A stretch of DNA of 35,473 nucleotides from Thermotogota bacterium. Its GTDB lineage: Bacteria; Thermotogota; Thermotogae; Petrotogales; Petrotogaceae. This document shows, in pieces, positions 1 through 9,675 of this stretch (position 1 is the stretch's first letter; each line of letters starts with the position of its first letter). The notes beneath the pieces were generated by a model. That model did no database searches. It was not told the origin of the DNA and saw only the letters and a list, made by a program, of their open reading frames with translations. The position numbers and the translations under genes were made by a program. The stretch lies in assembly GCA_051748045.1 (NCBI GenBank), contig JBNJGY010000018.1, positions 1-35,473 on the forward strand, given 5' to 3'.

Positions 1-931
1 AAGTAGCAGTTGCAAAAGCATCTGCATCTAATGATAAATCAACTACATTAGAATTACTAAATGTTTCTTCAAATTCTACTCCACTTGCAGCACTTATTTT
101 TCCATTTGTAATCCCTAATATATCTATAGTAATATCTTCTGAAGTGGATGGAGAACCTGTTGTAGTATTTACTTTGAAAACTGGTTGTAGATTAAAAGTT
201 GATGATAGTGTTTTATCTGTTAAGTCAATACTTAAACTATGAGCATTTCCATCAGAAATATCAACATATCCAGATTCTGCTATAAGCTCATCTGAATTAT
301 TCAAGACTTTTAGTTTAACTTCAACAGTGTCTAAAGGTACTGACATTCCTACATTGACATCAAAAGTTCCTTGAGATAAAGTAATGCTATCAAATCCTGT
401 CGCGGTTATAGATTGTGCTAAAGAAGTCTCATCAATAATTACTTCAGACCCTCCTGTATTTGGGACTTCAACACTTAAAGATAAAGTTTCTGAAACGTCA
501 ACACTAGAGGGAACATCTAAATCATTTACTGTATAATCCACATTTGAATTTTCTGGATCGATAGTTGGTAAACTAATATTTTGTGAAGCTAAACTTGGTA
601 ATTCAGGTATATCAAAACCAAAAGAAACACTCTCTTGAAAATCACTAAAATTTATCTGATCTTTACTGAAAAAATCAGACATGCTTATATTGACCAAGTC
701 TGTAGCAAATCTAAAGGTTAACGGATTATCTTTAACTTTAGTTAACCCACTTAAACTATTTTCTAATTCACTTTCAAAATCGCCTATAAAATCATTTATA
801 ACTATAGAAGTTGCACCTAAAGGTGCTTCTAATTTAGGTGTTCCTTTTACCCTTACCGTTTGTAAATTACAAGAAGACAGTAAGGCAATTAATAATATTA
901 CCGTTAAGGCAAAAAATACTGTTTTTTTCAC
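1..931 (-). CDS. Lipoprotein of unknown function, runs off left edge (absent from ORF track)
   Basis: GGAGGT RBS, GTG at 931; MKKTVFFALTVILLIALLSS-C lipobox; hand translation is in frame and open at both ends (..DLSLDADAFATAT at the edge). Confidence 0.8.
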   Translation of the reverse strand, partial: MKKTVFFALTVILLIALLSSCNLQTVRVKGTPKLEAPLGATSIVINDFIGDFESELENSLSGLTKVKDNPLTFRFATDLVNISMSDFFSKDQINFSDFQESVSFGFDIPELPSLASQNISLPTIDPENSNVDYTVNDLDVPSSVDVSETLSLSVEVPNTGGSEVIIDETSLAQSITATGFDSITLSQGTFDVNVGMSVPLDTVEVKLKVLNNSDELIAESGYVDISDGNAHSLSIDLTDKTLSSTFNLQPVFKVNTTTGSPSTSEDITIDILGITNGKISAASGVEFEETFSNSNVVDLSLDADAFATAT

Positions 932-1003
932 CTCAAACACCTCCCTATTTTTATTTTTATACATTAATATTATATCAAAAAAACACTAAATCTATATTAA
1001 GAA

Positions 1004-2119
1004 TTATTCATCTTTGTCTTTTAAATTCTTTATTGATTCATAAATATCTAATAAATCATTTTTCAAAACAACATAGAATTCACTATCTATTTTCTCCAAC
1101 TCTTTATTTCTTTCAAGAACTTTTAATTTCTTATCAAATATTTTTTCATTAAAATCTTCTTTCATCATTTTTTTTATAAGTCCAATTATATCAACAAGAA
1201 CAGAATTATGCTTTACCGACACCTCGTAAAGATACCCCATTTCATTTAGTGATGATTGTATCCCTTCGTATGTTTCTACTTTATTTTCAATAACATCTTT
1301 TATCTCTCTCAAATAATATCTAAACTCTTCAATATCACTTTCTTCAAAATATTTTAGTTCGTTGTTTGAAATACCTTTTAAAAGATTTATAACAGCTCTT
1401 GAAAACTTCTTTCGCATATAAGAAGATATTATTAAACTGATGGGAATGGACAATAAAAGGATAACTAAAAATATGCTAATGAATAATGACAAGTTATTTA
1501 TAAGTAATTGCTGTAATATAGTCATTCTTCTCATAAAATAGTTTATACCTAAATCTTCAAAATCATAATAAAACATGTAATTTGTATTGAAATTTTGAAT
1601 TTCATTTCTCAATGAAATTTGTGATTCATTCATATTTTGATATAGATCTTTATTTCCTTTTAAAAATTCTCCATTTTGATCAGTAAAAAAGAATTCTTCT
1701 TGTAGTGAATATTCTTCTAATAAATGTTCTATTAATTTCACTTTGTTGAAAGTTAAAATATAATGAATGCCCTCATAAACATAATTAACCTGTATATTAT
1801 CCTCAACTGATTCTATTTCATAGAATAATCCTTGAATTCTTGTTTTGCTATCTACAGTTTTACCCTTCATATCTATTATCGGCCCAATTGGAATTCCGTT
1901 GAAGATAGATCTGTTAACATAATTTTTCATAATCGAATCTATTTTTAAAGATATATTTGATATTATAAGTTTTGAATAGTTATTTGTGTTAAAAATATCT
2001 AGGTTACTTCTAAAAAAGAATAAAATGGTTATAATTATAATGAAGAAAATAATAGTTATAGCTAAATTAAATGATAAAAATATTTTGAAAAAATTCTTTT
2101 TATTGTATTTATTTTTCAT
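1004..2119 (-). CDS. Hypothetical 2-TM membrane protein with extracytoplasmic domain (sensor-like topology)
   Basis: Two hydrophobic stretches flank a soluble loop; AAGGTGGTG RBS favours ATG at 2119. Confidence 0.7.
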   Translation of the reverse strand: MKNKYNKKNFFKIFLSFNLAITIIFFIIIITILFFFRSNLDIFNTNNYSKLIISNISLKIDSIMKNYVNRSIFNGIPIGPIIDMKGKTVDSKTRIQGLFYEIESVEDNIQVNYVYEGIHYILTFNKVKLIEHLLEEYSLQEEFFFTDQNGEFLKGNKDLYQNMNESQISLRNEIQNFNTNYMFYYDFEDLGINYFMRRMTILQQLLINNLSLFISIFLVILLLSIPISLIISSYMRKKFSRAVINLLKGISNNELKYFEESDIEEFRYYLREIKDVIENKVETYEGIQSSLNEMGYLYEVSVKHNSVLVDIIGLIKKMMKEDFNEKIFDKKLKVLERNKELEKIDSEFYVVLKNDLLDIYESIKNLKDKDE

Positions 2120-2168
2120 TAATCGAATCACCACCTTATTACAATTATACCAGCAAAGGAGGTCAATT

Positions 2169-3617
2169 ATGATATTTTATGAATTATTTCTAAGATCATT
2201 TTATGACAGCAATGGAGACGGAATCGGAGACTTTAAAGGGCTTGAAGAAAAGTTAGACTATTTCAAAGAATTAGGTATAGATACAATTTGGTTATTACCT
2301 ATAATGAAATCACCAGCGTTTCATGGGTATACTATTTCAAATTTTTATGAAACAAATCCAGCTTACGGTGAATTATCTGATTTAAAAGCTGCTATAAAAA
2401 AAGGACATGAAATGGGGTTAAAATTTATTTTAGATTTACCAGTTAACCATGTAGCTGTAAACTCTGATTGGTTTCAAAAAGCTTTAAACGGCGAAGAACC
2501 TTATGAAGACTGGTTTACTTGGGCTAATGAAAAAACTAACTTGGCTGAAGAAAGACACTGGGGTAATGATTTAATATGGCATAGAATAGGTGAAAAATAT
2601 TTTTATGGACTTTTTGGGCCAGGAAGTCCTGATCTTAATTTTGAGAATAAAACTCTATGGAAAGAAATTAAAAATGTTTTTAAATTTTGGTTAGAAGTAG
2701 GTTTTGATGGGTTTAGACTGGATGCAGCCAAACATATTTTTGATTATGACGAAAAAAACATGAAATTCAAATATCAACATGATAAAAATATTAAGTTTTG
2801 GAATGAAATGATCGATTATATTTATTCAATAAATAAAAATGCAATAATCGTAAGCGAAGTTTGGGATGACCATAAAATTGTTCAAAAATATGAAGGCGTT
2901 TTTGATATTGGGTTTAATTTTCCTTTAGCTGGAGATATGAAAGATAGCATTAAAAAAGAAAACCCTAAAAATTTTGTTAAAGCCCTAAAAAATAATTTTT
3001 CTAAATATATAGATAAAAAAGAAAATATAAAAACAAAATCAGGAAATTTTTTGACAAATCATGATATGCAAAGATTAATTAGTGAATATGATGATAATGA
3101 AGAAAAAACAAAATTCGCATATACTATACTTTATACTCTTCCTGGGAAACCTTTTATTTTTTATGGTGAAGAACTAGGGTTAAGAGGTGAACTTGTTAGC
3201 GTTAATTATACAGAAGATAGCCAAGAACCATTTCATTGGTATGAAATAGGTTTCGGACCAGGACAAACAGAATGGAAAGGGTATAAGTTTAACCCCCCAT
3301 ATAGTAAAGTTTCATATGAATATCAAAAAAACCAAACTAACTCTATGTTTAATCATATTAAAGATCTTATAGAATTTAGAAAAGATTTTTCCTGGATTGA
3401 TGATGCAAGTATTTCTATATTGAGCCAAAATAACAACATCGTTAAATTAAGGATTAATAATGACTCTCGAACAATTATAGTCATTTACAACTTTAAAACC
3501 TCTAAATCTTTATTAAAAGTTAATAAAAATAAAATAATTAAATGTTATGGTTTATATACAGATAGATGTGACTTAATTGAAATAAACGGTTTCACTACTT
3601 TAATCTTAAAAGAGTGA
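2169..3617 (+). CDS. Cytoplasmic GH13 alpha-amylase/alpha-glucosidase family protein
   Basis: SFYDSNGDGIGD, DLPVNH, DGFRLDAAKH, SEVW, FLTNHD motifs; AAGGAGG RBS before ATG 2169; no signal peptide. Confidence 0.92.
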   Translation: MIFYELFLRSFYDSNGDGIGDFKGLEEKLDYFKELGIDTIWLLPIMKSPAFHGYTISNFYETNPAYGELSDLKAAIKKGHEMGLKFILDLPVNHVAVNSDWFQKALNGEEPYEDWFTWANEKTNLAEERHWGNDLIWHRIGEKYFYGLFGPGSPDLNFENKTLWKEIKNVFKFWLEVGFDGFRLDAAKHIFDYDEKNMKFKYQHDKNIKFWNEMIDYIYSINKNAIIVSEVWDDHKIVQKYEGVFDIGFNFPLAGDMKDSIKKENPKNFVKALKNNFSKYIDKKENIKTKSGNFLTNHDMQRLISEYDDNEEKTKFAYTILYTLPGKPFIFYGEELGLRGELVSVNYTEDSQEPFHWYEIGFGPGQTEWKGYKFNPPYSKVSYEYQKNQTNSMFNHIKDLIEFRKDFSWIDDASISILSQNNNIVKLRINNDSRTIIVIYNFKTSKSLLKVNKNKIIKCYGLYTDRCDLIEINGFTTLILKE

Positions 3618-3626
3618 GGTGATACT

Positions 3627-4229
3627 TTGAAAAAGATTATCATAATAGCTCTGAGTATTATTGTTAGTTCAATAGTTTTTACATTCAACCCCCTAGAAAT
3701 GACAGATGTTAATGATTCAAAAATCGAATTAAAGTACAAAACATTTTTAACAGATTTTGTTGAACAACAGTATTACTTGGCAGCAGGAAAACCCATGTCA
3801 AATGAAAGAAAACAACAAATAGTCAAAGGAATTTTAGAAGCTTCCAGACAATTTGAAATTTCCCCACTTTTGATTGCAGCTATAATAGACACTGAAACGA
3901 ACTTTAGAAATTTGATAGGTACTTTTGGAGAAGTTGGATATATGCAATTACGTCCTAGTACAGCAAAATACATGATTGATAAATATCCAGAAAAGTTCAA
4001 GAGTTTAGGTTACAGTGAAGAAGATTCCTCGTGGATAGAAAAAAGATTACTTACTGATCCAATATACAATATCTTAGTAGGTACAGCATATTTAAATCAT
4101 TTGATGGGAACACACAACGGAGATTTATTTACCGCGATTGGTTGGTATAATGGCGGTGGAAACGAGTATTATGCAAAGAAAGTTATTTTCAAAATTAACG
4201 CAATTAACATTCAATACCCCACAATTTAA
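3627..4229 (+). CDS. Secreted SLT-domain lytic transglycosylase
   Basis: Signal peptide; AIIDTETNF (catalytic E), GYMQL, NILVGTAYL, WYNGG. Confidence 0.9.
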   Translation: MKKIIIIALSIIVSSIVFTFNPLEMTDVNDSKIELKYKTFLTDFVEQQYYLAAGKPMSNERKQQIVKGILEASRQFEISPLLIAAIIDTETNFRNLIGTFGEVGYMQLRPSTAKYMIDKYPEKFKSLGYSEEDSSWIEKRLLTDPIYNILVGTAYLNHLMGTHNGDLFTAIGWYNGGGNEYYAKKVIFKINAINIQYPTI

Positions 4230-4235
4230 AATTTT

Positions 4236-4272
4236 AAAAAATAGAAGACCTTAAGAGGTCTTCTATTTTTTA
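4236..4272. terminator. Bidirectional intrinsic terminator
   Basis: AAAATAGAAGACCT-TAAG-AGGTCTTCTATTTT between convergent genes. Confidence 0.9.
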
Positions 4273-6657
4273 TTCTGTTGTATATAATAGTGGTTTTTGA
4301 ATGTAACCTATTTTATCTTTATATTTTATCTTATAAGCGTCATCTCTCACCCCTAATAACTCTACATTAATTCCTCTAGAAACAACTCCTAATAACCTTC
4401 CTTGTTCGTCTCTAACAGGTGCTTGATTTGATATTACTGTCAATGAGATGTTATCAAAGCTAATTTCAATCTCTTTTTTTACAGTGTTACCAGAATTATC
4501 TATTGCGGTTATAGTAATAATATTATTCTTAAGCTTTTCAATATCAATGGTATAATTTATGTTTAAATAATTGGAGTTTGCTGTATAACTACTTTCATTA
4601 ACTTTCACACTTTTTATTTCTTTGTTGTCTGTAACACTAATCATTATATTTTTATTATTTCTGTTGTACACAAATTTATCTGGTGAATTTATTATAGGTG
4701 GATTATTTTCTTGCAACATTAATTCATCAACTTTTTTATAATTTAAAGTATCAAATAAATTTAAAGGAGGTTTTTTAATAAAATAATTTTTAGTATTATT
4801 TTCGTCAATATTCGAAACATATTCACCACTATCTTGATAAGAAATATATTTTCCATCACCGAAAATCATAAATGAAGCTAATATCTTTTTTTCTTGCAAA
4901 TCCCAAATTCTAATTACGTTAGAATCATCTGCTGTAACAAAAAATCTACTATTTTCACTCCAAGATATGTCAGTTATTTCATTATCTGTTCTTTTTAAAC
5001 TGAAATCTAAACTCAAATTATTTGGGTTCCAAGTATATATAGTACCTTCATTTGTCCCAGATAATATTACAGAATTATCTGGACTCCAACTAACTATATT
5101 AATCGGAGATGTAGATATATTAGACCTTTTTTGTAAAGAAGTAAATACTGGATCCCAAATTTCTATAACTCCCTCAAACCCACCTGTTACAATGTAGTTT
5201 GAATCGCTTGACCAATCTATTGACCATATATTGTAATTAAAATTGTTTAGAATATTTAGATTCTCAAGTACATTAACATTCGTTACTGATATTCTTTTAT
5301 CTAATCCACTTACGGCGAGCATAGTAGAAAATTCGTTAAATTTTATGGATTTAATCCAATTTTTATGAGTGTTTTCAAAAGCTTTTAATATCCGTAAACT
5401 TTCTTTATCTAGAATATATACATTATAGTCCCATCCTCCAACTGAAATGAATCTATTGTCATTAGAGATATCAATATTTGTCAAAGAAGAATCAGATATG
5501 CTTTTCGAAGTTATCATAGAATTATTTTCTAAATCAAATACCTTTAACACTCCATCACCGTCAACTGTATAAAGTATATTTGAATCATCTAGATAAAAAT
5601 CATTAAATTTATAATTTAATTTATAAATTCTCTCAATTCTTCCATTTGATGAGTTTATAAAACCTATATTCGAAGAATCATCTAAATAGATAATTCTATT
5701 ATCTCTCCATAAAACTTTAATAGGAACAATTCCTTTATTATCAAAAGATTTTCTAATAATACCACTAGTAATACTCACATCATAAATATCGTTCCCATCT
5801 GTCAAAAAAACCTTATTCCATTTATTTGTCCAAGATATATCTATAATTTTAAAATTTAATTCTTTTAATTCAAGGGTTTTTATCATAGTAGAGACATTAT
5901 ATACCACTAAATCATTATTAGAAAAATGAACCATAAAATAATCATCATGTGGTGATTTAATAACTTTATTAATAGGACTGCCAGTAAAAATTCTATTTAT
6001 AAGACGAGTTTCATTATATATAGATATTCTACCGTCTAAAGTGAAAACTAAAATCTCATTATTAAATTTCAAAATATCTTTTACAGGAGTTGGACTTACA
6101 GAAATTTTTTCTATTTCAAAGCTCTCATAGTCAATCATATGAATATTGCCATTGTTATCTCCAACAACAAAATCCTCTCCATCAAAAAACATTGATGAGG
6201 GTAAGTCTTCTAGAGAGTATTTAAAAATCAATTTTCTTTTTACTATATTATATAGATAAACATCTCTATTTAAAGATGTAAAAGCAACCATATTATCTGC
6301 TATTTTCAAGTCAACAATACTTTCATCAGAATAATTTATATCAAAGCTAAAAATATCATTATCTAAATTAAAAACATTGACGTTACCTTTATTATCTCCT
6401 GTAATAAAGTATTTCATATCAGCAGACCAATCTGCAACTAAATTGACATTATCTGTTTCAAAATGCTGTTGCATTTCAAATGTTTCAGAATCAAAAATCC
6501 TAATATCTCTTTTATTATTCAAAACAGCAATAGAATTTTCAGGACTAAAATTAAGTCCTGTAATATTATTAGTAAAATATGAAGACACAAAAATGTCATT
6601 TGAAAAAACCAGCGTTACAAAAAGTGAAATAAATAATATAAGTAAACCTTTTTTCAT
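4270..6657 (-). CDS. Secreted WD40-repeat beta-propeller protein with C-terminal Ig-like and SH3-like segments
   Basis: Signal peptide MKKGLLIL..; repeated WS.D..YIVTGG..G.IEIWD blades; AAGGAG RBS before ATG 6657. Confidence 0.85.
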   Translation of the reverse strand: MKKGLLILFISLFVTLVFSNDIFVSSYFTNNITGLNFSPENSIAVLNNKRDIRIFDSETFEMQQHFETDNVNLVADWSADMKYFITGDNKGNVNVFNLDNDIFSFDINYSDESIVDLKIADNMVAFTSLNRDVYLYNIVKRKLIFKYSLEDLPSSMFFDGEDFVVGDNNGNIHMIDYESFEIEKISVSPTPVKDILKFNNEILVFTLDGRISIYNETRLINRIFTGSPINKVIKSPHDDYFMVHFSNNDLVVYNVSTMIKTLELKELNFKIIDISWTNKWNKVFLTDGNDIYDVSITSGIIRKSFDNKGIVPIKVLWRDNRIIYLDDSSNIGFINSSNGRIERIYKLNYKFNDFYLDDSNILYTVDGDGVLKVFDLENNSMITSKSISDSSLTNIDISNDNRFISVGGWDYNVYILDKESLRILKAFENTHKNWIKSIKFNEFSTMLAVSGLDKRISVTNVNVLENLNILNNFNYNIWSIDWSSDSNYIVTGGFEGVIEIWDPVFTSLQKRSNISTSPINIVSWSPDNSVILSGTNEGTIYTWNPNNLSLDFSLKRTDNEITDISWSENSRFFVTADDSNVIRIWDLQEKKILASFMIFGDGKYISYQDSGEYVSNIDENNTKNYFIKKPPLNLFDTLNYKKVDELMLQENNPPIINSPDKFVYNRNNKNIMISVTDNKEIKSVKVNESSYTANSNYLNINYTIDIEKLKNNIITITAIDNSGNTVKKEIEISFDNISLTVISNQAPVRDEQGRLLGVVSRGINVELLGVRDDAYKIKYKDKIGYIQKPLLYTTE

Positions 6658-6788
6658 TCTTATAACTCCTTGCATATTCTTTAATATTATATCATATATA
6701 ATACATTGCTGTATATCTTATTGTTTTTTATTACAATTTAATGTAAAATATAAATATAAGTTAAAAAATGAATTTGGGAGGGATAAAA

Positions 6789-7901
6789 ATGGAGTTCAAA
6801 ATAGAAAAGAAAAAATTGATGACATCTGTAGAATTAGCCTCTAATGCTGTAGCAAAAAAAACCACTAACCCAATTTTGTCTGGTATTTTATTAGAAATCA
6901 AAGAAAATGAATTAAACATATTTGCAACTGATTTACAAACAGGTTTTCATAAAAAAGAAGAAATTAATTATTCTGGAGAAGATTTTTCATTTGTAGTAGA
7001 CCAAAAAGTATTTTCAGATATAATTAGAACTTTACCTGATGGCCCAGTGAATATTATTTTTGACGGAAATTTACAATTGGTATCTGGACATTCAAATTTT
7101 AAAATCCCCACAATGGACTCTGGAGAATTTCCAAATGTAATTCCTTCTGTAACCGGCAACTCAATAGAATTAAACAGAGAGAAAATATTAAAAATGATAG
7201 AAAAAGTTATATTTTGTGCTTTAAAAGACAATGACCCCCTATCAAAAAATCTTAATGGACTATATTGGGATTTCAGAGAAGGTGGATATTTAACTTTAAT
7301 CGCATCAGATAGCTATAGGCTTGCTCTTTCAGAAACAACGATAGGAAACGAAGATCTCCCTTCATCATTCTTGCTTTCTTTGAAAAGTATGGAAGAACTT
7401 AAAATGGTTTTGGCAAACTCTAAAACTGAGAAAATAAATCTGAATTTTGATGGATCTAGAGCTTTATTCACTTTCGCTGAAGAAAATATACAATTAGTAC
7501 TTAATGTTGTAGATGCAAAATATCCAAATTATACAGAAATTATTCCACAAGCATTCAAAACTAAAATTGTTTCAAATTCAAAAGATTTCTTAGATTCTTT
7601 AAAAAGAGTTTCAATAGCCGCAGGTAAAAGTGAACAAGTAAAATTAGAAATTGAAGAAACCAGTATTACTTTAAAAGCTAATTCACCAGATGTTGGAGAA
7701 GCAAAAGAATTAATAGATATAGAAAAAGATGGAGAAGAACTTGTTATTGCATATTCTCCAAGATTTTTAAGAGAAGCTGTTGAAAAAGTAGAAACAACTG
7801 AATTCGAATTCAATATCTCTGGTGAAATTAACCCAACAGTAATTAAACCTATTGATGATAATTCATACATGTATATTGTTATGCCTACAAGGTGGGCTTG
7901 A
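6789..7901 (+). CDS. dnaN: DNA polymerase III beta sliding clamp
   Basis: PILSGILL, ATDL, ASDSYRLA, YPNY, C-terminal IVMP; RBS GGGAGG before ATG 6789. Confidence 0.95.
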   Translation: MEFKIEKKKLMTSVELASNAVAKKTTNPILSGILLEIKENELNIFATDLQTGFHKKEEINYSGEDFSFVVDQKVFSDIIRTLPDGPVNIIFDGNLQLVSGHSNFKIPTMDSGEFPNVIPSVTGNSIELNREKILKMIEKVIFCALKDNDPLSKNLNGLYWDFREGGYLTLIASDSYRLALSETTIGNEDLPSSFLLSLKSMEELKMVLANSKTEKINLNFDGSRALFTFAEENIQLVLNVVDAKYPNYTEIIPQAFKTKIVSNSKDFLDSLKRVSIAAGKSEQVKLEIEETSITLKANSPDVGEAKELIDIEKDGEELVIAYSPRFLREAVEKVETTEFEFNISGEINPTVIKPIDDNSYMYIVMPTRWA

Positions 7902-8383
7902 TGCTAAGAATAGGTTATGGTTATGATGTACATCCTTTTGAAAAAAACAAAAAATTAATAATTGGTGGAATACAAACTAATCATCCGAATGAACTGGGAT
8001 TATCCGGTCATTCGGATGCTGATGTATTAACACACGCAATCATAGACGCACTAATAGGAGCTTTTGGTTATGGATCTATTGGTGAATTTTTTCCTGAAAC
8101 AAAAGAATATAAAGACGCAGATTCTATTCAACTACTGAAAAAAATAGTTGAAATTCTAAATAAAAAAGAAACATACAAAATAAATAATATAGATGCTACT
8201 ATTTTAAGCAGTTCAGTAAGAATATCCTCTTTAAAAGAAAAAATTAAACAAAAAATCTCTAAAACTATTAATTTAGATGAAAAATATATAAATATAAAAG
8301 GAAAAAGCGGAAATACTTTAGGTATAGCAGGTAAGGATGAAGGTATTGAGGTTCATTGTGCTTTACTTGTTGATATAGACTAA
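7901..8383 (+). CDS. ispF: 2-C-methyl-D-erythritol 2,4-cyclodiphosphate synthase
   Basis: RIGYGYDVH, GHSDADVLTHAIIDAL; TGATG overlap with dnaN. Confidence 0.95.
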   Translation: MLRIGYGYDVHPFEKNKKLIIGGIQTNHPNELGLSGHSDADVLTHAIIDALIGAFGYGSIGEFFPETKEYKDADSIQLLKKIVEILNKKETYKINNIDATILSSSVRISSLKEKIKQKISKTINLDEKYINIKGKSGNTLGIAGKDEGIEVHCALLVDID

Positions 8384-8386
8384 GAG

Positions 8387-9526
8387 GTGAGGAATTTGAA
8401 ACAAAATCAAATAAGAGTTTTCGCATTTTTATCAATGATAGTATTTTCACTTTCAGCTAACACTATCGCGCCTTTAATGACATCAATCCAAGAAGGGTTT
8501 GCAATTAGTGTAGGTAAATCTGCGGTAATACCGCTTATTAATACGATTGGAGTAATGAGCGCTAATGTTATAGGTAGTTTTTTAATTGCTCAAATTGGCA
8601 TAAAAAGATATTTGAGTATATCTTTAATAATGGCACTTTTTGGGAGCACTGCTTTTGTTTTTTCAGAAAATTTCTTGATACTATTATTAAGTGTTTTTTT
8701 CATAGGAGCTTCTACAGGCGCTGCTTTCACAAGCCTTTCAACAACAATATCTCATCTGGATAAAAAATACCAAAATTTTGGTATGCTTAATGCCTTTTTT
8801 GGTGTTGGAGGAATTTTAGCTCCAATAATAACATCTTATTTCTTAGCTCAAGAGTTAAATTTCAGAGCTATTTATTTAATATATTTATTCTTGTTTTTAT
8901 TACTCTTGGTTTATTTGAATACATCAAAAATGATGGGAAATATTAAATATGAAGCTATTAAAATCTTAGAAGCTTTTAATATTATAAAAAAAAGGTTGAT
9001 TTTGTTTTCATTATTGATTTTCCTTTTTTATTCGGGTACAGAAATAAGTGTTATAACTTGGGCAGGCAATCTTTTTGTAGATATGTTTGATTATTCGAAA
9101 GAATTATCTTCACTATTATTAAGCTATTTTTGGATAACATTTACAGCAGGAAGATTTCTAACTGATTGGATGAATAAAAAATTTACAGAATTAAGAACGA
9201 TTATATATAGCTCTATTTTATTCTTTATATCTCTAGGGTTTATACTTATTTTCCAATTACCATATTTCTTTATAGTAGTTGGATTGGCATTTGGGCCAAT
9301 ATTTCCATCAATTCAAAAATTTGCTAATCAAAAATTACCTTCAAGAGAAGTAGGATTGTTTAATGGATTATCTTTTGCTTCTACAGGACTCGGAGCGATG
9401 ATTATTTCTACTTCTATGGGAGTAATAGCTGATTTTAATATGATGTTATCATTTTCTGTTCCATATTTAACTTTTTCAATTATTATTATTTTGACTTTGT
9501 TATTGAAAAAAGATTACACAAAATAG
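8387..9526 (+). CDS. MFS transporter (FucP-like)
   Basis: About 12 hydrophobic helices; NAFFGVGGILAP, FTAGRF, GPIFP; start may be TTG 8396. Confidence 0.85.
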   Translation: MRNLKQNQIRVFAFLSMIVFSLSANTIAPLMTSIQEGFAISVGKSAVIPLINTIGVMSANVIGSFLIAQIGIKRYLSISLIMALFGSTAFVFSENFLILLLSVFFIGASTGAAFTSLSTTISHLDKKYQNFGMLNAFFGVGGILAPIITSYFLAQELNFRAIYLIYLFLFLLLLVYLNTSKMMGNIKYEAIKILEAFNIIKKRLILFSLLIFLFYSGTEISVITWAGNLFVDMFDYSKELSSLLLSYFWITFTAGRFLTDWMNKKFTELRTIIYSSILFFISLGFILIFQLPYFFIVVGLAFGPIFPSIQKFANQKLPSREVGLFNGLSFASTGLGAMIISTSMGVIADFNMMLSFSVPYLTFSIIIILTLLLKKDYTK

Positions 9527-9675
9527 AAATCAGTTCAGAGAGAAATCTGAGATTTCTGTTGGAAGTAAAACAAATTGATAAACGTTTAAAATAAACAAAA
9601 ACTAACAACAAAAATTGTAAAGTTTTTTCTATAAAATAATTTGTCAAAGACAAAGAATAAAAGGGGATAAAGTAG

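Noticed and set aside
681-1152. Short + strand ORFs (102 and 104 aa)
   Set aside because: Antisense shadows of real minus-strand genes; the same applies to the other short antisense ORFs in the track
1986-2168. N-terminal extension of the amylase in the ORF track
   Set aside because: Overlaps the opposite-strand gene; the RBS and GH13 N-terminus indicate ATG 2169
6658-6788. Possible oriC upstream of dnaN
   Set aside because: No TTATCCACA-type boxes seen, no dnaA, and the gap is short; looks like divergent promoters
9525-9557. Imperfect hairpin after the MFS gene
   Set aside because: Bulged stem (AGAAATC..TCAGA/TCTGA-GATTTCT) with no good U tract; too weak to call a terminator
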